This document shows positions 62,829 through 64,000 of a DNA stretch of 64,000 bases, one piece after another (the stretch's first letter is position 1; every line of letters starts with the position of its first letter). The notes below the pieces were generated by a model that was given only the letters and a program-made list of their open reading frames with translations, did no database searches and was not told the origin of the DNA. Origin of the DNA: Nitrospirota bacterium (GTDB taxonomy: Bacteria > Nitrospirota > Nitrospiria > Nitrospirales > NS-4); the NCBI GenBank assembly GCA_963788195.1, contig CAWBGA010000005.1, forward strand, positions 96,001-160,000. The letters are read 5' to 3'. The position numbers and the translations under genes are program-made.

Positions 62829-64000
62829 AACGCACGGTAGATCCTGACACCCGGCGCATGGAACTTCGCGGCATTGTCCGCGTCGCCGGCGAAGTGATTG
62901 CGCAGTACTGGCCAATGCGTACCTTCATACATCACAACCCGCTTCATAGCTTGGAGTATCTTCCTTTTGAGACAACAGTCCGGCATGGCCAGAAGTTCTT
63001 GGGAGGCTACGGTTATGTCTCCGGGAAGAACTTTCGAGGATACCTTCGCTCCGGCAGAATCCTGATCCGTCATCTCGACGAGGCCATACAGCCGCTGGCG
63101 CATGACGAGTACGTCACCGTTGGTCCATGCCGAATCGCGCACCAGGAGGTTCTGCGAGCCTGTTTGACTCATGGACTCTGCGCCACCACCCCAGAACCGC
63201 TCGACGCCTTGCTGAATCAAGGATCGAATGAAGAACTGATTTTTGCGCTGGCAGATCACCTGACAGCTTCTTTGACCGCCCCGACAATCGAGGATCGCAT
63301 TGCAAGGGATGTCCGTGAGGACCTGGCTGAGTTGGGGAATTATGTCCCTCTCTCTAACTGGTGCGACCGTACCCTCGGCACAGAGATCGTCAGCCTCGTG
63401 AATAGCGAACTGATCAAGTGGTGCGAAGGCATTCCTGGACGAAGGGGATGCCACGTGGTCGATGCCGGGACGAAACCAGGGGTTTTACAAAGCCTGGAAG
63501 GCGCTTGCTGCCCAGGAGTGGTCGCCGTGCGGCATCAAGGAGAGTCGCCGAAAGATAGGCGACCTGCCGGAGCACCCGGAAGATGCGGTGATCGAGAGCC
63601 ATGGAGATTCTTGGAATTCCCGAAGAACACCGACAGGACTATCTCTCGCTCCAGCTGACGGCCCTTCCCGGATGGGCGGGATTCATCAAGTGGCGCGCGG
63701 AACAGCAGGACTACAGTTGGCAAGAGGCTTATCCAGCCAATCTGGTGCAGTTTCTCGCCGTCCGACTGTGGTATGTGCGCGAGCTGGTCCAAAAGGCCTG
63801 CCGTGAAGCGTTGGCGATTCAGGGAAACTTTGGCGCCATCTCGGCATACATGCAGAACGATCCGCACGCGTATTTCTTGCGGAAGGAACAGGTGGCCGGA
63901 CGCTTGCCTGCCGTCTATGCGGAGCAGGTACAACGGCTGTCGGGGAGCAACAGCAACGAATGGAAGGAGTTATCCGACCGTTTGGAAATCGACACCCGAC
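62816..64000 (+). CDS. dabA: DabA (DUF2309/UPF0753) beta-carbonic-anhydrase-like subunit, partial; apparent frameshifts near 63430 and 63605
   Basis: IAQYWPMRTFIHHNPL..LE.LPF, LIKWC..FLDEG...W.MP.R..GFY.AW, LPGWAGFIKWR. Confidence 0.88.

Overview
A 64-kb window of a GC-rich bacterial chromosome, most likely Nitrospirota/Nitrospira-like (inferred from gene content and small-protein families; not verifiable from sequence alone). It is mostly housekeeping: tRNA-Leu-tig-clpP-clpX-mtgA-sugE, dinB, tatA, queA-spoIID-asd, leuCDB, ABC transporters and envelope proteins. About 17 single-base indels break otherwise intact genes, including tig and leuD, and most likely reflect uncorrected long-read error. 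The most notable items are: (1) a dispersed, modular, nested family of intergenic hairpin repeats whose stems co-vary around a nearly fixed GTC(T/C)TGGC core followed by a G-rich tail, all on the + strand; (2) an operon pairing an atypical OvoA/EgtB-hybrid non-heme iron enzyme with EgtD and a betaine/ergothioneine-type ABC importer, with no lyase nearby; (3) a duplicated DabB/DabA-type inorganic-carbon uptake locus with an extra membrane subunit, a 46-aa in-frame deletion derivative of it, and a conserved structured leader before each copy; (4) a histidine-phosphatase/PfkA fusion with altered active-site motifs; (5) a truncated IS110 sitting at a CT inside a palindromic repeat; (6) two unannotated Zn-ribbon microprotein genes, each behind a sigma-54 promoter; (7) a YaaA-like gene coupled to a stand-alone LigD polymerase domain; and (8) a 6S-like rod-shaped ncRNA candidate.
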